From Candidatus Latescibacterota bacterium (GTDB lineage: Bacteria > Latescibacterota > UBA2968 > UBA8231), in contig CBDCXV010000010.1 in the NCBI GenBank assembly GCA_965223905.1, positions 2,016,001 to 2,080,000 of the forward strand: a DNA stretch of 64,000 bases. The letters run 5' to 3'. Both the position numbers and the translations under genes were made by a program. Position 1 is the first letter of the stretch; every line of letters starts with the position of its first letter. Of this stretch, positions 61,985 to 64,000 are shown piece by piece. Under the pieces are notes generated by a model. It was not told the origin of the DNA. It saw only the letters and a list, made by a program, of their open reading frames with translations, and searched no databases.

Positions 61985-64000
61985 TTACTGCTCAGATCTG
62001 ATTCTCTTGGCTCGTGCTGCCAACTTTTCCGCTTCTTTTGTATCTCCCATCTCTTTGTAACACCTTGCCATATTTTCCAGCAAAGCCGCCACATAGGGAT
62101 GATCCGGTCCAAATGCTTTTTGCCGCAATTCAAGTGATCGCCTGAAAAGGGGCTCAGCATCCGCATACTTGCCCTGGGCCTGGCAAACCATAGCCAGGTT
62201 GCTCAAGGTTTCCGCCACACCGTCGTGCTCTGGCCCGAAGGCCCTCTCCAGCATTTCCAGTACTTGCCTGTAAAGGGGCACCGCCTCGGCATACCTGCCC
62301 TGGCCGCGGAGACGCAGCGCCTGCTGGTTCAGGCTCCTCACGGTACAAAAAGTCTCGTGATCCGGCAGCTTGCCATCCGGGAATCCCCGGGACAGGAAAT
62401 ATCGCACATTGCCGTTTCCGGGCATCAGGCAATACGCCCTGAACAGGTCCTGCTGCGTCCGGTAGAATCCGTACCTGGCCAGCAGTTGCGCCACCATCTG
62501 TTCCGTCCGGATGGCGTCGCGCAGCGTGTCCTCTGCTCGCATGAAGTAGGGAAGAGCAGAAACCTGGAATCGCGGCAAGCGCAACTGCGGCGGTGCCGGC
62601 TCCAGGGCGGACTGCTTGTCGAAGTAGTGGAGATCATCGGTATTGACCCGTGTCTCATCGCCGATCATCCTCACCATGGCCTCGCCGTCCAACCAGAAAA
62701 AGCCGGCGATACGTTCGACCGTGTCGATCTGGTACTCCCCCGCGCGAAACCATTCGGGCAAGCGGTCCAGCTGTTCCTGCAGGTATTCGACATCGAGCGT
62801 GAAGGGTTCGGGGGTTGCCAGGAGAAACGCCTGGTCGGAACCGTAGACATACCAGAAAGTGGAGTTGGGAAACACGCTACGGAACGTGTTCAGGTGTATC
62901 CTGAACAGATCACCCTGCATATTTCCGAGAACCGGCACCCACTGCGCAAAGATGCCGCCGGGAAGCAGACGCGCGGCGACGGCCCTGTAGAACTCTTCCG
63001 TGTACAGGACCCAACTGTCGTAGGCGCGCGGATGAGTCGAATCGCTGATGATCACGTCGTAGCGCTTGCTGCCGGTAACCAAGTAGTTGCGGCCGTCGTC
63101 ATGGTGAAAATGGAATCCCGGCCTGTGAAACACATCCCCGTTCACATCCGCAAACAGGTCGTTGATGCCTTCCACATCGGGATTCAGGTCGACGACATCG
63201 AGGTAGGAGACCCGGTCCGAAGCCAGTACCGAGCCCGCCGTGATACCGGCCCCGAATGCGATCACCAACACCTTTTTGGGTTCCTCCCCCTCATGGATCA
63301 GCACCGGAAAACTTCCCAGCAGCTTGAACAACTGGGTGTGCCAGTAGCGGGTTGACGCTTCCTCGACCCCGTTGAGGTACATGTCGCGGTACGTGCCTCT
63401 TTTGGGATCCACCTGGTCGAGGACGGTAACGGTGGCGACTCGTCCCTCCTGAATGAGTCGAACTTCGGTCGACCGCGCCTCGGTAAACTCCCCGATCTTC
63501 CCGGCGTACAGGTCCATCATCCTCGGGAGCGCCGCGGCAAGCGCAACGGCCAGCGCCGCGACGCCTAGTACAGTGGCTGGCCAACGCCGGAAGCCCCGGT
63601 CCGGAGGAAGCAGATTGAAGACGCCCACAGCCGCGCATGCCGATGCCAGGCCGATGAGAACGCCCTGCACCCCGATCAGGGGGACTAGATAGTGGTTCGC
63701 CAGGCCGGCGCCCAGCAGACCTCCACCCGTATTGAGCGCATACAGGGTGGCGGCATCCCGGGTCGCCGCGCCGCGCTCCTCCGGCTGGAGCATCCTGATC
63801 GCCAGCGGCAACAGCGCCCCGATCAGAATCGTCGGAGCGATGATGATCGCGATGACAGGTATTAAAATCCCGAAACTGGCCGGGCCGAACTGCGCCGACT
63901 GGTCCGTTCCGAGCACCCAATCGGTCAGCAGGAGATACGGAGTCAGCAGCACGAAGGCCCCCGCGGCAAGCGCGGTGAAACCGAAGAGGTGATCGCTTCG
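61985..64000 (-). CDS. Membrane-fused spermidine-synthase-like protein with C-terminal TPRs (5' end outside the window)
   Basis: LYALNTGG transmembrane region, AFGAGIT, DGRNYL..YDVIISD; FGPEH/FGPDHP TPR repeats. Confidence 0.8.
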   Translation of the reverse strand, partial: RSDHLFGFTALAAGAFVLLTPYLLLTDWVLGTDQSAQFGPASFGILIPVIAIIIAPTILIGALLPLAIRMLQPEERGAATRDAATLYALNTGGGLLGAGLANHYLVPLIGVQGVLIGLASACAAVGVFNLLPPDRGFRRWPATVLGVAALAVALAAALPRMMDLYAGKIGEFTEARSTEVRLIQEGRVATVTVLDQVDPKRGTYRDMYLNGVEEASTRYWHTQLFKLLGSFPVLIHEGEEPKKVLVIAFGAGITAGSVLASDRVSYLDVVDLNPDVEGINDLFADVNGDVFHRPGFHFHHDDGRNYLVTGSKRYDVIISDSTHPRAYDSWVLYTEEFYRAVAARLLPGGIFAQWVPVLGNMQGDLFRIHLNTFRSVFPNSTFWYVYGSDQAFLLATPEPFTLDVEYLQEQLDRLPEWFRAGEYQIDTVERIAGFFWLDGEAMVRMIGDETRVNTDDLHYFDKQSALEPAPPQLRLPRFQVSALPYFMRAEDTLRDAIRTEQMVAQLLARYGFYRTQQDLFRAYCLMPGNGNVRYFLSRGFPDGKLPDHETFCTVRSLNQQALRLRGQGRYAEAVPLYRQVLEMLERAFGPEHDGVAETLSNLAMVCQAQGKYADAEPLFRRSLELRQKAFGPDHPYVAALLENMARCYKEMGDTKEAEKLAARAKRIRSEQ

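Overview
GC-rich bacterial window dominated by carbohydrate- and sulfate-scavenging genes: four DUF4091/GH123-like secreted proteins, two sulfatases, other putative glycoside hydrolases/lyases, several PhyH-type dioxygenases, enolase-superfamily enzymes and MFS transporters. This repertoire resembles Latescibacterota/Poribacteria-type genomes (inference only). The region is heavily eroded: five complete IS copies (3 IS5-family, 2 IS1380-family) each interrupt a gene that can be reconstructed, and there are deletion-fusion pseudogenes and several 1-2 bp frameshifts, some of which may be assembly errors. The standout is at 36358-36711. A sigma70-like promoter drives an apparently leaderless 30-aa Gln-rich leader peptide (7 Gln codons), followed by mutually exclusive antiterminator/terminator helices and then tRNA-Gln(CUG) and tRNA-Gln(UUG). 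This looks like a ribosome-mediated transcription attenuator whose output is the cognate tRNAs themselves. The CUG tRNA also has C33 in place of the near-universal U33. A candidate hcnAB-fusion/hcnC (HCN synthase-like) locus is the second most notable feature. All family assignments come from motif recognition by eye, not database searches.
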